Source: Actinomycetota bacterium (GTDB lineage Bacteria; Actinomycetota; Acidimicrobiia; Spongiisociales; UBA5794). Taken from it: DNA of 64,000 nt. Within the stretch, counting starts at the first letter, position 1. Each line of letters begins with the position of its first letter. Position numbers and translations under genes: made by a program. A model generated the notes under the pieces. That model was not told the DNA's origin. It searched no databases and saw only the letters and a list, made by a program, of their open reading frames with translations. Shown piece after piece: positions 18,553 to 29,747 of the stretch. The stretch lies in the NCBI GenBank assembly GCA_013151445.1, contig JAADIG010000137.1, positions 18,424-82,423 on the forward strand. Direction: 5' to 3'.

Positions 18553-19605
18553 TTATCGGCGGGTGAACCGGCCCCACGCCACGGCGATCTGTTCCAGTTC
18601 CTCGACGTCGACGTCGACACCAATTCCAACCGCAGGGCGTGGCAAGATCGCCCCGCTCTCCGTCTCCCACGACGGGCGGGCGCTGTCAGTTTCGAGATAG
18701 AACGATGTCGGGGCGAGGTCCGTCGGTCCCATCTCGCCGAGCGTGGCGAGGGCAAGCGTGTGCGCGCGACCGATGCTCGACTCGATGAGGCCCGAGAGGC
18801 GTACTGCCATGTCGGTTGAGCGGAGCTGCTGATTTACCTCAAGCACCCCAGCAATTCCAATGATGCCGGGCTTCACCGTGAGCAGGTCCGCGGCTCGCAA
18901 CTCGATCGCCTGTGCGATGCCGGAGCCTGAGTGAAGCGATTCGTCGAGTGCGATTGGCACATCGAGACGCTCGCGTAACTTTGCGTGGCCGCGGAGGTCA
19001 TCTCGGGGGAGGGGTTGCTCGAAGAAATCGAGATTGAGTGCGTCGAACGCATCGAAGATGTCGACGGCGGTATGGTCAAATGACGCGTTGGCGTCGATGG
19101 CGACGCCAAGGTGTGGGTAGGTGTCAACGACAGCCTTCACGAATGCAACATCGCGTCCGGGCATCACCTTCACCTTGACCGCGGGGATACCCCACGCAAC
19201 GGCGCGTTCGACCTTCCCAAGGAGGTCGTCAATCGTCGCCCCGGACACCGCCACGCGACAGGGTATTGGACGTGCGATCCCTCCGATCGCCGCCCACAGC
19301 GGTTCCTCGGAGAGACGTGCCGCGAGATCCCATCGAGCCTGGTCGACCGCCGCTGACGCAGTCAGAGGGATGTTTGGGATCGCACCACCGAGGATGTCGT
19401 CCGCATGGTTGCCGAGGGCCTCCCAGACATCATCGATCGTCTCCGACGAATAGTTCGGGTAGGGGGCGGCCTCGCCCCAGCCGACAACTCCCTTCTCCTC
19501 AATGCCGACAAGCGCGACGTCGCGACTCCTGACGACTCCGGTTGCCGTGACAATCGGATCGACGAGTCGCAGTTTCAGCCGGGCGAGAATCAGTGATGAG
19601 AACAC
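18553..19605 (-). CDS. menC: Enolase-superfamily o-succinylbenzoate synthase / N-acylamino acid racemase-like enzyme
   Basis: GWGEAAP, KVK, DAN, EQP, DES, VKP; start reset to GTG 19605, six nt after a TACCCT -10. Confidence 0.75.
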   Translation of the reverse strand: MFSSLILARLKLRLVDPIVTATGVVRSRDVALVGIEEKGVVGWGEAAPYPNYSSETIDDVWEALGNHADDILGGAIPNIPLTASAAVDQARWDLAARLSEEPLWAAIGGIARPIPCRVAVSGATIDDLLGKVERAVAWGIPAVKVKVMPGRDVAFVKAVVDTYPHLGVAIDANASFDHTAVDIFDAFDALNLDFFEQPLPRDDLRGHAKLRERLDVPIALDESLHSGSGIAQAIELRAADLLTVKPGIIGIAGVLEVNQQLRSTDMAVRLSGLIESSIGRAHTLALATLGEMGPTDLAPTSFYLETDSARPSWETESGAILPRPAVGIGVDVDVEELEQIAVAWGRFTRR

Positions 19606-19747
19606 GACAAAAGGGTACCCATGGTGGCGCCGATTTGGGCGCACCGGTCTCGCACGGGTTCTCGAGTCGGGACACACGGAGAGCAGCTGAAGCCGTACTA
19701 CTCTTGGGTACGAATCCGACATCGCTGACTTTTTCAGGAGAATGCAC

Positions 19748-20950
<1,203 letters not shown>

Positions 20951-20994
20951 TCATGGTTCCAACAGTCGGACCGTGACAGCAGCAAGCGGCAGCG

Positions 20995-21528
20995 ATGATC
21001 GCCGACAAAGCGGTGACCCATCTCAGCGAGCCGGTCGAGTTGGCGTCCGGTCGGATGTCGTCAGTCTTCATTGACGGCAAACACGGTCTCGCCGACCCGT
21101 CCGACCTGGAGACCGCGTGCCGGGCCATCATCGAGATGGCACAAGGTGCGGGCTGCAGTTTCGATCATGTCGGGGGGCCGACGCTTGGTGCCGACCACCT
21201 GGCGGTTGGTGTTGCCCTGCTTGGGTCAAAACGGTGGTTCATTGTCCGCAAGGAACGTAAGGATCGAGGGACCGGTCGGCTCATTGAGGGGGCCCGAGTT
21301 GGTTCGGGAGACTCCGCTCTCTTGGTGGAGGACATTTGCTCCACTGGTGGTTCGTTGCTGAAGGCTCTGCGCGCAGTACGTGCGACGGGTGCTGTTGTTA
21401 CTCACGCTGGGACACTCGTGGATCGCGGGCTGGTTGCTCATGCGGCCTTTGCAGATGAGGGTGTCGAGCTGCTGGCGGTAACGACGTGGGCAGATCTCGG
21501 GATTGACCCCATCGAAGGCTCCCCGTAA
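20995..21528 (+). CDS. pyrE: Orotate phosphoribosyltransferase
   Basis: LASGRMSSVFID, VRKERKDRG, PRPP loop VEDICSTGGS. Confidence 0.85.
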   Translation: MIADKAVTHLSEPVELASGRMSSVFIDGKHGLADPSDLETACRAIIEMAQGAGCSFDHVGGPTLGADHLAVGVALLGSKRWFIVRKERKDRGTGRLIEGARVGSGDSALLVEDICSTGGSLLKALRAVRATGAVVTHAGTLVDRGLVAHAAFADEGVELLAVTTWADLGIDPIEGSP

Positions 21529-21536
21529 CGACCAGA

Positions 21537-22601
21537 TCAGCCGTTGACGACGTATGCGAGCAGCGGCTTGTCGGGTCCGCCGGAGATGTTCGTTCCGCGG
21601 GGAAAGTCCCAGATCTCTACCCACATTGTGCGACCCCCGATGGAGAACAGCCCGGCGACCCGGGGAATGGACGGGTCGTCTATGGCCGTGAAGGTCCCCG
21701 ACCATCCGTGGGTTGCAAGTCCCTGACGCACCAGCCCTGCCATGTGCTCGATCGAGGTGCTGTCGGTGTTCCACACGTAGTACACCGGTGCGGGGTTTGC
21801 GATGCCGGCTTGGCTTGCCAACTCGACCGCAAAGAGCGGATCCGTTGAACTGCTGTTCTCGCTCGCCGCTGGGATCCAGGGTGTCCCCCGTGTCAAGGTT
21901 GTGAGGTCGGTGTCCAACCAGTTTGTAATCCAGTCGATTCGCGAGCGTGAGATCGTGTCCTCGGCCCCGGTTGTGATCGCGGCAACGGAGTCCGCCATGT
22001 CTTCCACCGGGTCGCTGCGTCCGTAGGCAGTTGTTCCTTTCGGGTCGGCGAGCGTCCAGGTCAACGTGTCGCCGTCAATGAACGAACTCCACCCCGCGGC
22101 CGCGGCAAAGTCACCGACAAGACCGGATCGTTCCATGGCATTGTCCGTGACAACAAAACTTGCCTCCTTGGACTCGTCGACGAGTGCCGCAAACTGGGCG
22201 ACATGGATAAGTTCGTGGGTAAGGATCGACTGCATCACAACCGGGGTATCCGCGACCTCAAACGTGTGATCAATCAGGTAGATGTCGAGTCCCTTGGAAT
22301 ACGCGGAGGCGAGTGACGAGACCTGACCGCCCTCGGCCACGCGGAACAGGGCGTCCGGTGATACTTTGTCGAGCAGCGGCTGGGGGATGAGGTCGAATCC
22401 TGCGGCAATCAGATCGAGCTCTTCGAGGTTGATGGCGCGACCCGACCCCGAGATTGGGTAACCCGCAACGGTGCGAGTCCAATCGATCTGTGCCGGTCGT
22501 TCCGCCACGAACTGAACGTTCGATTCACCCAGCGGGGTACCAATAGAGCATGCGGAGAGCACGATTGCGGTGGTCAAGGTAAGAGCTAGAAGGCGGCGCA
22601 T
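21537..22601 (-). CDS. Lipoprotein with zincin-type HExxH motif
   Basis: Signal/lipobox MRRLLALTLTTAIVLSAC; THELIH and downstream YGRSDPVEDMADS. Confidence 0.7.
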   Translation of the reverse strand: MRRLLALTLTTAIVLSACSIGTPLGESNVQFVAERPAQIDWTRTVAGYPISGSGRAINLEELDLIAAGFDLIPQPLLDKVSPDALFRVAEGGQVSSLASAYSKGLDIYLIDHTFEVADTPVVMQSILTHELIHVAQFAALVDESKEASFVVTDNAMERSGLVGDFAAAAGWSSFIDGDTLTWTLADPKGTTAYGRSDPVEDMADSVAAITTGAEDTISRSRIDWITNWLDTDLTTLTRGTPWIPAASENSSSTDPLFAVELASQAGIANPAPVYYVWNTDSTSIEHMAGLVRQGLATHGWSGTFTAIDDPSIPRVAGLFSIGGRTMWVEIWDFPRGTNISGGPDKPLLAYVVNG

Positions 22602-22709
22602 GGATGCCATTGAACCACGTCTTGGCAGGCAATCGGTCGGTGAGGGAAACGCACTACCATTGGCGTTGATCCCAGGGGTGACGTACCCCGCCTTGAAAAG
22701 GAGCATGCG

Positions 22710-23639
22710 ATGAGCAAGGTTACGGTCGTTGGCGCAGGCAAGTACGGTTCAACAACTGTCCAACGGATCGCCGAGGCGGACATTGTTGACGAGGTCGTGA
22801 TGATCGACATCGTTGAAGGTTTGCCACAGGGTTTGGCGCTCGATATGAACCAGAGTCGTCCGGTTCAGCGGTATCGCACAAAGGTTGTCGGAACCAATGA
22901 TTATGTGGACACCGCCGGATCCGACGTTGTTGTAATCACGGCTGGTCTTCCCCGAAAGCCCGGCATGAGTCGAATGGACCTGCTCCAGGTGAATGCGGGA
23001 ATCGTCAAGCAGGTCACGGAACAGATCGTCGCAAACTCACCCGATGCCGTCATCGTGGTTGTTACGAATCCGCTCGATCAGATGACCACGCTTTGTGCCG
23101 ACGTATCCGGGTTCCCGAAGAATCGCGTACTCGGTCAAGCCGGCATGTTGGACAGTGCCAGGTTCGCCCACTTTATTTCCGAATCCGCCGGAGTCGATAT
23201 TCTCGATGTTGAGGCGGTCACGCTCGGCTCCCACGGCGCCACGATGGTTCCGGTGCCTTCACTGTGCCGGGCCGGTGGCCGACCGCTCGAGGACGTTCTC
23301 GATAGTCACACGATTGATGGGCTTGTTGACCGTACCCGCAACGGTGGAGCCGAAATCGTCGGTCTGCTCAAGACCGGGTCGGCGTACTACGCCCCTTCTG
23401 CGGCCGCGGCAGCGATGGTCAAGGCGATCATCACGGACGCTGGAACCGAGATGCCGGTGTGTGCATGGATGACCGGCGAGTACGACATATCGGATGTCTA
23501 TCTTGGGGTTATCGCCAAGATCGGCGCTGGTGGTGTGCGCGAGGTCGTGCAAAAGGACCTCACCGACACCGAACTCGCCGGGCTGCGGGAAGCCGCGGCT
23601 GCCGTGAAGGAAAAGGTCGCGGACCTCAACGCCCTCTAG
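22710..23639 (+). CDS. mdh: Malate dehydrogenase (LDH-like)
   Basis: VGAGKYG, TAGLPRKPGMSRMDLL, VTNPLD, LDSARF, GSHG, GSAYYAP; RBS AAGGAG. Confidence 0.96.
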   Translation: MSKVTVVGAGKYGSTTVQRIAEADIVDEVVMIDIVEGLPQGLALDMNQSRPVQRYRTKVVGTNDYVDTAGSDVVVITAGLPRKPGMSRMDLLQVNAGIVKQVTEQIVANSPDAVIVVVTNPLDQMTTLCADVSGFPKNRVLGQAGMLDSARFAHFISESAGVDILDVEAVTLGSHGATMVPVPSLCRAGGRPLEDVLDSHTIDGLVDRTRNGGAEIVGLLKTGSAYYAPSAAAAAMVKAIITDAGTEMPVCAWMTGEYDISDVYLGVIAKIGAGGVREVVQKDLTDTELAGLREAAAAVKEKVADLNAL

Positions 23640-23740
23640 GGCGTTGCCAACATTGCCGGATCTGCCCGTCGGGTCCGTCGCTGAGTTGTGGGAGTGAGCC
23701 GAGGATTCGGTTTGCGGTCCGTCGCCGGCACCCGTTGTCG

Positions 23741-24631
23741 TTAGCCGCGGTTCATCGCGGCTTCGAGCTCCCGCTTGGACTTTTCTGCTGCCTCACGCTG
23801 CTTGCGAATTCGACGGTCATTCACGATGACGTCGCGACGTTTCGCCCACATCGAGATTGCACCAAGGAGGACGAGCGCCGAACCAGCGACCGCAAACAGC
23901 CACCCGCTGGTGACCTGCGTGTCCTTGTACTGTGCGGCGAGAGTGGTGAGTTCAACCTGCTCGCTCAGCAGGTTCGAGCGCAATGCTCCGGCCGAGAACG
24001 CCAGCGCGCTGAACGCACCGAGTGATCCAAGTATCAGCGTCCGGTTGGCGGCTAGCTCGATGGGGTCCTTCACCACTGAGGCGATGACGATCGCCCCTCC
24101 GATGACGGCCGTCATGGCGGCAGCGGAAAGCTGCAGGTCAGCGGCAACGAGTGCGAAGTACACACCGCCGATACTGGCGATGACGACCACACGATTTTTC
24201 CAGACGTCTGCTGTCGAGCGTTCCGACTGATCCTCATTCATGAAGCCCGTGTACCGTGCAACGAGGCGCGTGATGGCGCGTCCGATGAGAATGGCTATAA
24301 GGGCGGCGCCGATTCCCCCGAGACCCTTGGTGCGTGAGGGATCTCCGACGGCGGCTGCGATGACGACTGCCAGGACAACAATCCCGACCGAAATCATTGG
24401 TCCCCACTTGGAGTCCTCGGACCCTTTCCACATCACAGCAACTGACGAGACAAGAAGGAGGGCTCCGATGGCGACAAAAATGACAGCGTGGTTGGACTCT
24501 GTTCCGCGCATCGCCCACGGTTCAACGAGGAAACCGTAGGCAGGCTTCATCCGGGCAAACTCCCAGAAAATAGATTGGATCACGAACAGCGATCCAATTA
24601 TCGGTAGGGCCTCGAACAGTCTCTTTTTCAC
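23741..24631 (-). CDS. Multi-pass membrane protein of unknown function
   Basis: About 8 hydrophobic segments and a charged C-terminal tail; GTG 24631 has a GGAGG RBS and TACAAT -10 upstream. Confidence 0.7.
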   Translation of the reverse strand: MKKRLFEALPIIGSLFVIQSIFWEFARMKPAYGFLVEPWAMRGTESNHAVIFVAIGALLLVSSVAVMWKGSEDSKWGPMISVGIVVLAVVIAAAVGDPSRTKGLGGIGAALIAILIGRAITRLVARYTGFMNEDQSERSTADVWKNRVVVIASIGGVYFALVAADLQLSAAAMTAVIGGAIVIASVVKDPIELAANRTLILGSLGAFSALAFSAGALRSNLLSEQVELTTLAAQYKDTQVTSGWLFAVAGSALVLLGAISMWAKRRDVIVNDRRIRKQREAAEKSKRELEAAMNRG

Positions 24632-24758
24632 GGTTGCTACCTCCAGCGCCCGCATTGTAGTGCTCTGCCTCGCGAGTTCGTACTGAACGGGTACCGGTGG
24701 CATCACTGGGTGCGGGCATTGCCGCATATACGTTTTTGATGAACACCACCGGCAGCGT

Positions 24759-24779
24759 TAGGGTTACACGCGTGTAATT
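24759..24779 (+). promoter_or_regulatory. hup promoter -10 with overlapping TTAC-N6-GTAATT dyad
   Basis: TAGGGT (24759-24764) overlapped by GGTTAC-ACGCGT-GTAATT (24762-24779). Confidence 0.55.
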
Positions 24780-24817
24780 CGCCTCGACAATTTTCCACAG
24801 AAAAGGAACGAGACTTC

Positions 24818-25093
24818 ATGAACAAGAGTGAGCTCATTGACAACGTCGTCAACGCAACGGGAGAGTCCAAGGCTGCCGTTGGTGCGGTGCTCGATGCAAC
24901 GCTCGGTGCAATCACCGGTGCGGTCAAGAATGGTGACAAGGTCCAGCTGACAGGTTTCGGAACGTTTGAACGCCGTCACCGTAAGGCGCGTGTCGGGCGC
25001 AATCCGCAGACCGGAGCCGAGGTACAGATCAAGGCAGCGAACGTGCCGGCGTTCAAGGCTGGCAAGGCATTCAAGGACACGGTCAACTCGTAA
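24818..25093 (+). CDS. hup: DNA-binding protein HU
   Basis: MNKSELI, GFGTF, RKARVGRNPQTG, PAFKAGK. Confidence 0.97.
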   Translation: MNKSELIDNVVNATGESKAAVGAVLDATLGAITGAVKNGDKVQLTGFGTFERRHRKARVGRNPQTGAEVQIKAANVPAFKAGKAFKDTVNS

Positions 25094-25107
25094 CCGATTC
25101 GCCCACT

Positions 25108-25170
25108 CCCCGTTCTTGTGACGTTTCGCTTGAATAGTCCTATTCAAGCGTCACAAGAACGGGGGTTTTT
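25108..25170 (+). terminator. Long hairpin terminator between convergent hup and SCP2 genes (palindrome family copy E)
   Basis: CCCCGTTCTTGTGA..CGCTTGAATAG-TC-CTATTCAAGCG-TCACAAGAACGGGG followed by TTTTT; GTTCT to AGAAC spans 49 nt (25112-25160). Confidence 0.75.
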
Positions 25171-25176
25171 CTTGTT

Positions 25177-25572
25177 CTAGGCGGCGTACTCGACGTCCAT
25201 CGTCTTGAGAGCGTTTGCGAACTCCACAAAAACATTCTGATGCATGATCAGTTTGGAAGGGTTCCCGCCGATCTTGATCTTTCCCGTCATGAACGCCATC
25301 TGCGTATTGAGCTCGCCGCGTGAGATGCTGGTTGCGGTCTCGTAGGCACTCGTGATGGAGGCATCAAAGTCGGGAAGTGTCGTGAGACTCATCTCGGCAT
25401 TTCCGTCGGCAATGGTCAACGCATAGTTGATCGTATCGCCGTCCGGTACGTCGGTGACGATGAACTGGACATCGAGTGTGAGACCGGAAATAGCGGTCTT
25501 GAACGCGTCGCTGTTATTGAGTTGCGCGGTCGCTTGTGTCATGAATTCGTCACTGAGGAATTGAACGGCCAC
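25177..25572 (-). CDS. SCP2 sterol/lipid-binding domain protein
   Basis: FLSDEF, GELNTQMAFMTGKIKIGG pattern; RBS AAGGAG. Confidence 0.85.
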   Translation of the reverse strand: MAVQFLSDEFMTQATAQLNNSDAFKTAISGLTLDVQFIVTDVPDGDTINYALTIADGNAEMSLTTLPDFDASITSAYETATSISRGELNTQMAFMTGKIKIGGNPSKLIMHQNVFVEFANALKTMDVEYAA

Positions 25573-25683
25573 GCCGTCTCCTTTGCTGAGTAGGTCGATT
25601 CAACAAGGTTAGTCGACCGTCGGCGCAAAATTTGAGTCCCCGATCAAAAAGAACCTTGCCGCGGTCCTTCATCGAAGTGCGAA

Positions 25684-26445
25684 CTACCGTTGACCAGCGA
25701 GACGGCCCTGTTGGAACTTCGACCTGATGTAGTCCCGGTTCATCAATGCAATAAAGTCGATGCTGATGCTCTTGGGGCAGGCGGTTTCGCATTCACCATG
25801 GTTGCTACATGCACCGAACCACTTCTCCATCTCGTCGACCATGTCCGCCACCCGCGAGAACCGCTCGGCCTGACCCTGTGGGAGCAGGTTCAGGTGGGAA
25901 ACCTTTGCCGAAGTGAACAGCTGGGCCGCAGAGTTGGGGCACGCCGCTACGCAGGCGCCACAGCCGATGCAGGCAGCCGCGTCCATCGCTGCTTCCGCCG
26001 CTAGTTTTGGCACGGGTATCAGGTTTGCGTCCGGTGCCGATCCGGTCGACACCGTGATATACCCGCCCGCTTCGATGATCCGGTCGAATGCCGACCGATC
26101 GACCGTTAGGTCTCTGACGACCGGGAACCCCTCGGCGCGCCACGGCTCGATACGAATCGTGTCACCGTCTTTGAACTTGCGCATGTGGAGTTGGCAGGTC
26201 GCGGTACCGAGCTGGGGACCGTGCGCCTGACCGTTGATCATCATGCCGCACATGCCGCAGATGCCCTCACGGCAGTCGTGGTCGAAGGCTATTGGCTCTT
26301 CGTTGTTGGTGTTGAGGTTCTCGTTGACAATGTCGAGCATTTCAAGGAAGGAGGCATGATCGGGGATGTCGTTCGCTTCATACCGAACGAACTCACCTTC
26401 GGCATCGGGACCGACCTGGCGCCACACGCTGAGGATGACATCCAT
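25684..26445 (-). CDS. sdhB: Succinate dehydrogenase/fumarate reductase Fe-S subunit
   Basis: [33 protein letters not shown]. Confidence 0.95.
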   Translation of the reverse strand: MDVILSVWRQVGPDAEGEFVRYEANDIPDHASFLEMLDIVNENLNTNNEEPIAFDHDCREGICGMCGMMINGQAHGPQLGTATCQLHMRKFKDGDTIRIEPWRAEGFPVVRDLTVDRSAFDRIIEAGGYITVSTGSAPDANLIPVPKLAAEAAMDAAACIGCGACVAACPNSAAQLFTSAKVSHLNLLPQGQAERFSRVADMVDEMEKWFGACSNHGECETACPKSISIDFIALMNRDYIRSKFQQGRLAGQR

Positions 26446-28364
26446 TACTTGTAGCTCCTTGTCGCGAGTTTGACGTTTTCAAAGACGAGCTGTTCCTTGT
26501 GTTTCGTCTGCGGCTGGTTGGGTCCGTTCCACGCCCAGGCCGAGACGTGGGTGAAGTCCTCGTCGTTGCGCCGGGCCTCACCTTCCTCGGTCTGGTGCTC
26601 AACCCGGAAATGACCGCCGCATGACTCCTCGCGGTCGAGGGCGTCCCGACACATGAGTTCGGCGAGTTCGAAGAAGTCGGCAACCCGTCCGACCCTTTCA
26701 AGGGATTGGTTAAAGGACTCGTTGGTGCCGAGCACCTTTACATCGGTTTCGAACTCTTCCCGTAGATGTGGGATCTCGCGAATGGCTTTCTCGAGTCCCT
26801 CACGTGACCGTTCCATTCCGCATTCCGCGAGCATGATCTTGCCAAGTTCGCGGTGGAACCAGTCAGCGGACCGTGTGCCCTTGGTCGCCAAGAACTTGGC
26901 TGTTCGATCCTGCACCTGCGTGATGGCCTGGCGGAATACATCGTGGTCGGTCGGAACCGGATCGACGTTGAGGAAGTCGGCGAGGTAGTCGCCAATGGTG
27001 TAGGGGAGCACGAAGTATCCGTCTGCAAGACCCTGCATCAGCGCCGAAGCACCAAGACGGTTCGCACCATGGTCCGAGAAGTTTGCTTCTCCGATCGCGT
27101 ACAACCCGGGGATCGAGGTCATGAGGTTGTAATCCACCCACGCTCCACCCATGGTGTAGTGCGGTGCCGGGTAGATGCGCATGGGTGTCTCGTACGGATT
27201 GTCGTCGGTGATGCGCTCGTACATCTCGAACAGGTTGCCGTACCGTTCGCGGATCGTGTCTTCACCGAGACGTGCGATCGCATGTTTGAAGTCGAGGTAG
27301 ACACCGTTGTTGAGGGGACCGACACCGTGGCCCGAATCCACCTGAGTTTTTGCGTTGCGCGACGCCACGTCACGAGGTACGAGGTTGCCAAATGCCGGAT
27401 AGATCCGTTCCAGGTAGTAATCCCGCTCGCTTTCGAGGATGTCCCCGGCCGGACGGTTATCCCCGACGGTCTTGGGTACCCAGATCCGGCCGTCGTTGCG
27501 TAGCGACTCCGACATCAATGTGAGCTTCGATTGCGACTCGTCGGACTGGGGAATACACGTTGGGTGGATCTGTGTGTAACAGGGGTTTGCGAAATGGGCA
27601 CCCTTGCGGTGGGCACGCCAGATGGCCGTCGTGTTGCAGGCCATGGCGTTGGTCGAGAGGAAGAAGACATTCGAGTAACCACCGGTTGCGAGAACGACCG
27701 CATGGGCAGAGTGAGCGGTGACCTCTCCGGTGATGAGATCACGCACAACAACGCCGGCGGCTTGTCCTTCGTGGGTAACGACCTCGAGAAGTTCCGACCG
27801 GTTGATCATTTCAACCGATCCCTTTGCGATTTCCTTCGCCAACGCCTGGTACGCACCGAGCAGCAGCTGTTGTCCGGTCTGTCCACGTGCGTAGAACGTT
27901 CGAGAAACCTGGGCGCCACCAAAGGAGCGGTTGTCGAGAAGACCGCCATATTCACGTGCGAAGGGCACGCCCTGGGCCGTCGCCTGGTCGATGATGTGGT
28001 TCGAAACCTCTGCGAGGCGGTATACGTTTGCCTCGCGAGAGCGGTAGTCGCCTCCCTTGACGGTGTCGTAGAACAGCCGGTACACGCTGTCCCCGTCGTT
28101 GTGGTAGTTCTTTGCCGCGTTGATGCCGCCCTGGGCTGCAATCGAGTGGGCTCGCCGCGGTGAATCGTGGTAGGTGATGACCTTGACGTTGTAGCCGAGC
28201 TCGCCAAGTGTTGCCGCGGCCGACGCTCCTGCCAGTCCGGATCCGATGACGATGATCGAGTATTTGCGTTTATTGGCGGGGTTGACCAGGCGAATGGAGA
28301 ACTTGTGGTTGTTCCACTTGTCCTCGATGGATCCGGCGGGAACCTTGCTGTCGAGTGTTGTCAT
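26445..28364 (-). CDS. sdhA: Succinate dehydrogenase/fumarate reductase flavoprotein
   Basis: [47 protein letters not shown]. Confidence 0.95.
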   Translation of the reverse strand: MTTLDSKVPAGSIEDKWNNHKFSIRLVNPANKRKYSIIVIGSGLAGASAAATLGELGYNVKVITYHDSPRRAHSIAAQGGINAAKNYHNDGDSVYRLFYDTVKGGDYRSREANVYRLAEVSNHIIDQATAQGVPFAREYGGLLDNRSFGGAQVSRTFYARGQTGQQLLLGAYQALAKEIAKGSVEMINRSELLEVVTHEGQAAGVVVRDLITGEVTAHSAHAVVLATGGYSNVFFLSTNAMACNTTAIWRAHRKGAHFANPCYTQIHPTCIPQSDESQSKLTLMSESLRNDGRIWVPKTVGDNRPAGDILESERDYYLERIYPAFGNLVPRDVASRNAKTQVDSGHGVGPLNNGVYLDFKHAIARLGEDTIRERYGNLFEMYERITDDNPYETPMRIYPAPHYTMGGAWVDYNLMTSIPGLYAIGEANFSDHGANRLGASALMQGLADGYFVLPYTIGDYLADFLNVDPVPTDHDVFRQAITQVQDRTAKFLATKGTRSADWFHRELGKIMLAECGMERSREGLEKAIREIPHLREEFETDVKVLGTNESFNQSLERVGRVADFFELAELMCRDALDREESCGGHFRVEHQTEEGEARRNDEDFTHVSAWAWNGPNQPQTKHKEQLVFENVKLATRSYK

Positions 28365-28373
28365 GAGAGACCC

Positions 28374-29111
28374 CTACAACTTCAGAATGCCGAACTGAAC
28401 GGCAAGTGGAATGCTGATATTTCCGAGAACAATGAAGGCGGTGAGGCCGTAGGCGAGTTTGTTGCGCCATTTGTTGAACTTTGCATTGTTGATACCAATG
28501 CTCTGGAACAGGCTCCAGGCTCCGTGGCGAACGTGTGCGCCGAGTGCCAGGATCGCAACGATGTACAGGATTGCCACCGGAACCCGTTCGAAGGTTGCAA
28601 CGATGTTTGCGTACACGTCACCGTAGACAAAGTCCGGGTTGGCTGGACCCCAGGTCAGATCTGACAAGTGGAACAGGATGAAGAGAAACACTGTGATCCC
28701 GGTATACGCCATGAATCGGCTTGCGTAGGTGGCGGCGAGATATGTCGTGCGGGTTTGATATCCGACCGAGCCACGGGCCTTTCTGTTTCTCCACCAGAGC
28801 GAGAGGGCTGCATGCACATGGATGGAGTAGGCCAGGAGCAGGCCGATCCTCATGAGCCAGAGTATCGATTGACGCGGCACGAGTTCACCGCCGAGGTCAC
28901 GGAGGGCCTCGGCGTAGAGGTCAACGTTCTCGGGGCCGAGAAAGACTTTCAAGTTACCGAGTAGGTGGGCCACCAGATACCCGAGGAGCAGAATGCCGCT
29001 CAGAGCCATGGCCCACTTCTTGCCGACGTCCGAGCTGTAGAACTCGATGATGAATGGTCGTTTGCGCCGTGCCTTTACGCTGTCGCGCTTGTCGACCTCT
29101 GTATGTGCCAC
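28374..29111 (-). CDS. sdhC: Succinate dehydrogenase cytochrome b subunit (single 5-TM anchor)
   Basis: SDVGKKWAMALSG, heme His in HLLGN, HVH, FHL, HVRHG; GTG 29111 with AAGGAGAGG RBS. Confidence 0.92.
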   Translation of the reverse strand: MAHTEVDKRDSVKARRKRPFIIEFYSSDVGKKWAMALSGILLLGYLVAHLLGNLKVFLGPENVDLYAEALRDLGGELVPRQSILWLMRIGLLLAYSIHVHAALSLWWRNRKARGSVGYQTRTTYLAATYASRFMAYTGITVFLFILFHLSDLTWGPANPDFVYGDVYANIVATFERVPVAILYIVAILALGAHVRHGAWSLFQSIGINNAKFNKWRNKLAYGLTAFIVLGNISIPLAVQFGILKL

Positions 29112-29325
29112 GTGCCTCTCCTTGGGTGTAACGCCCTCATTATGACCGGCTTGTGCCAACGCTGCGAGATCAGGATCTTGCTGACATAGCGGCGCCGCCC
29201 GATGGTAGTGCGTCGCAAGCAATTCTGGTTCATTCCCACTCAGATTCGCGCGGAGTGTGGTCACCCCGCGCTCGCGTTCGCGAGCATTCGCAGTGGTTCC
29301 CCTTGTATATCAACGGTTTCTCTAG

Positions 29326-29397
29326 TTGACATTCGCGCGGAGAGTTGTCAGAATTACCAACGGGTAATTACGTTATCGTAATTCCACTTATGTAATT
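29326..29397 (+). promoter_or_regulatory. whiB promoter followed by three overlapping AATTAC-N6-GTAATT boxes
   Basis: TTGACA (29326-29331), 17 nt, TG-extended CAGAAT (29349-29354); AATT recurs at 29352, 29366, 29380, 29394 (14-bp period). Confidence 0.7.
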
Positions 29398-29418
29398 TAG
29401 AGATATAGGGGAGTGTGT

Positions 29419-29700
29419 GTGTTCACCCAGTTGATCGAGGCCTTGAAGGGAGCCGACTACGGTTGGCAGGACCTCGCAAACTGCCGAGGCGCAAATCCGG
29501 ATCTGTTTTTTCCGGAACGCGGCGCATCGACACGGACGGCCAAGTCCATTTGCCGTGAGTGTTCGGTGAGACCCGAGTGTCTTGAGTTTGCCATCACGAG
29601 TTCAGAAAAGTTCGGTATTTGGGGAGCACTCTCCGAGCGCGAACGGCGCAAGATCCGCAAGGAACGTACCGCCGCGGCTGCTGCTCGTAAGGTCGGGTAG
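29419..29700 (+). CDS. whiB: WhiB-family Fe-S transcriptional regulator (WhiB/WhiB2-like)
   Basis: Four Cys (NCRG...ICRECSVRPECL), DLFFPERG, GIWGALSERERR. Confidence 0.93.
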   Translation: MFTQLIEALKGADYGWQDLANCRGANPDLFFPERGASTRTAKSICRECSVRPECLEFAITSSEKFGIWGALSERERRKIRKERTAAAAARKVG

Positions 29701-29747
29701 CTCTCCACCGGGAGGATTAGTCGGATCACATATATCGAGGTAGGTAC

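Noticed and set aside
20953-20994. ATG 20953 in frame with pyrE but interrupted by TGA 20974 (recoding?)
   Set aside because: Outside conserved PyrE sequence and no SECIS-like hairpin seen; ATG 20995 is sufficient.
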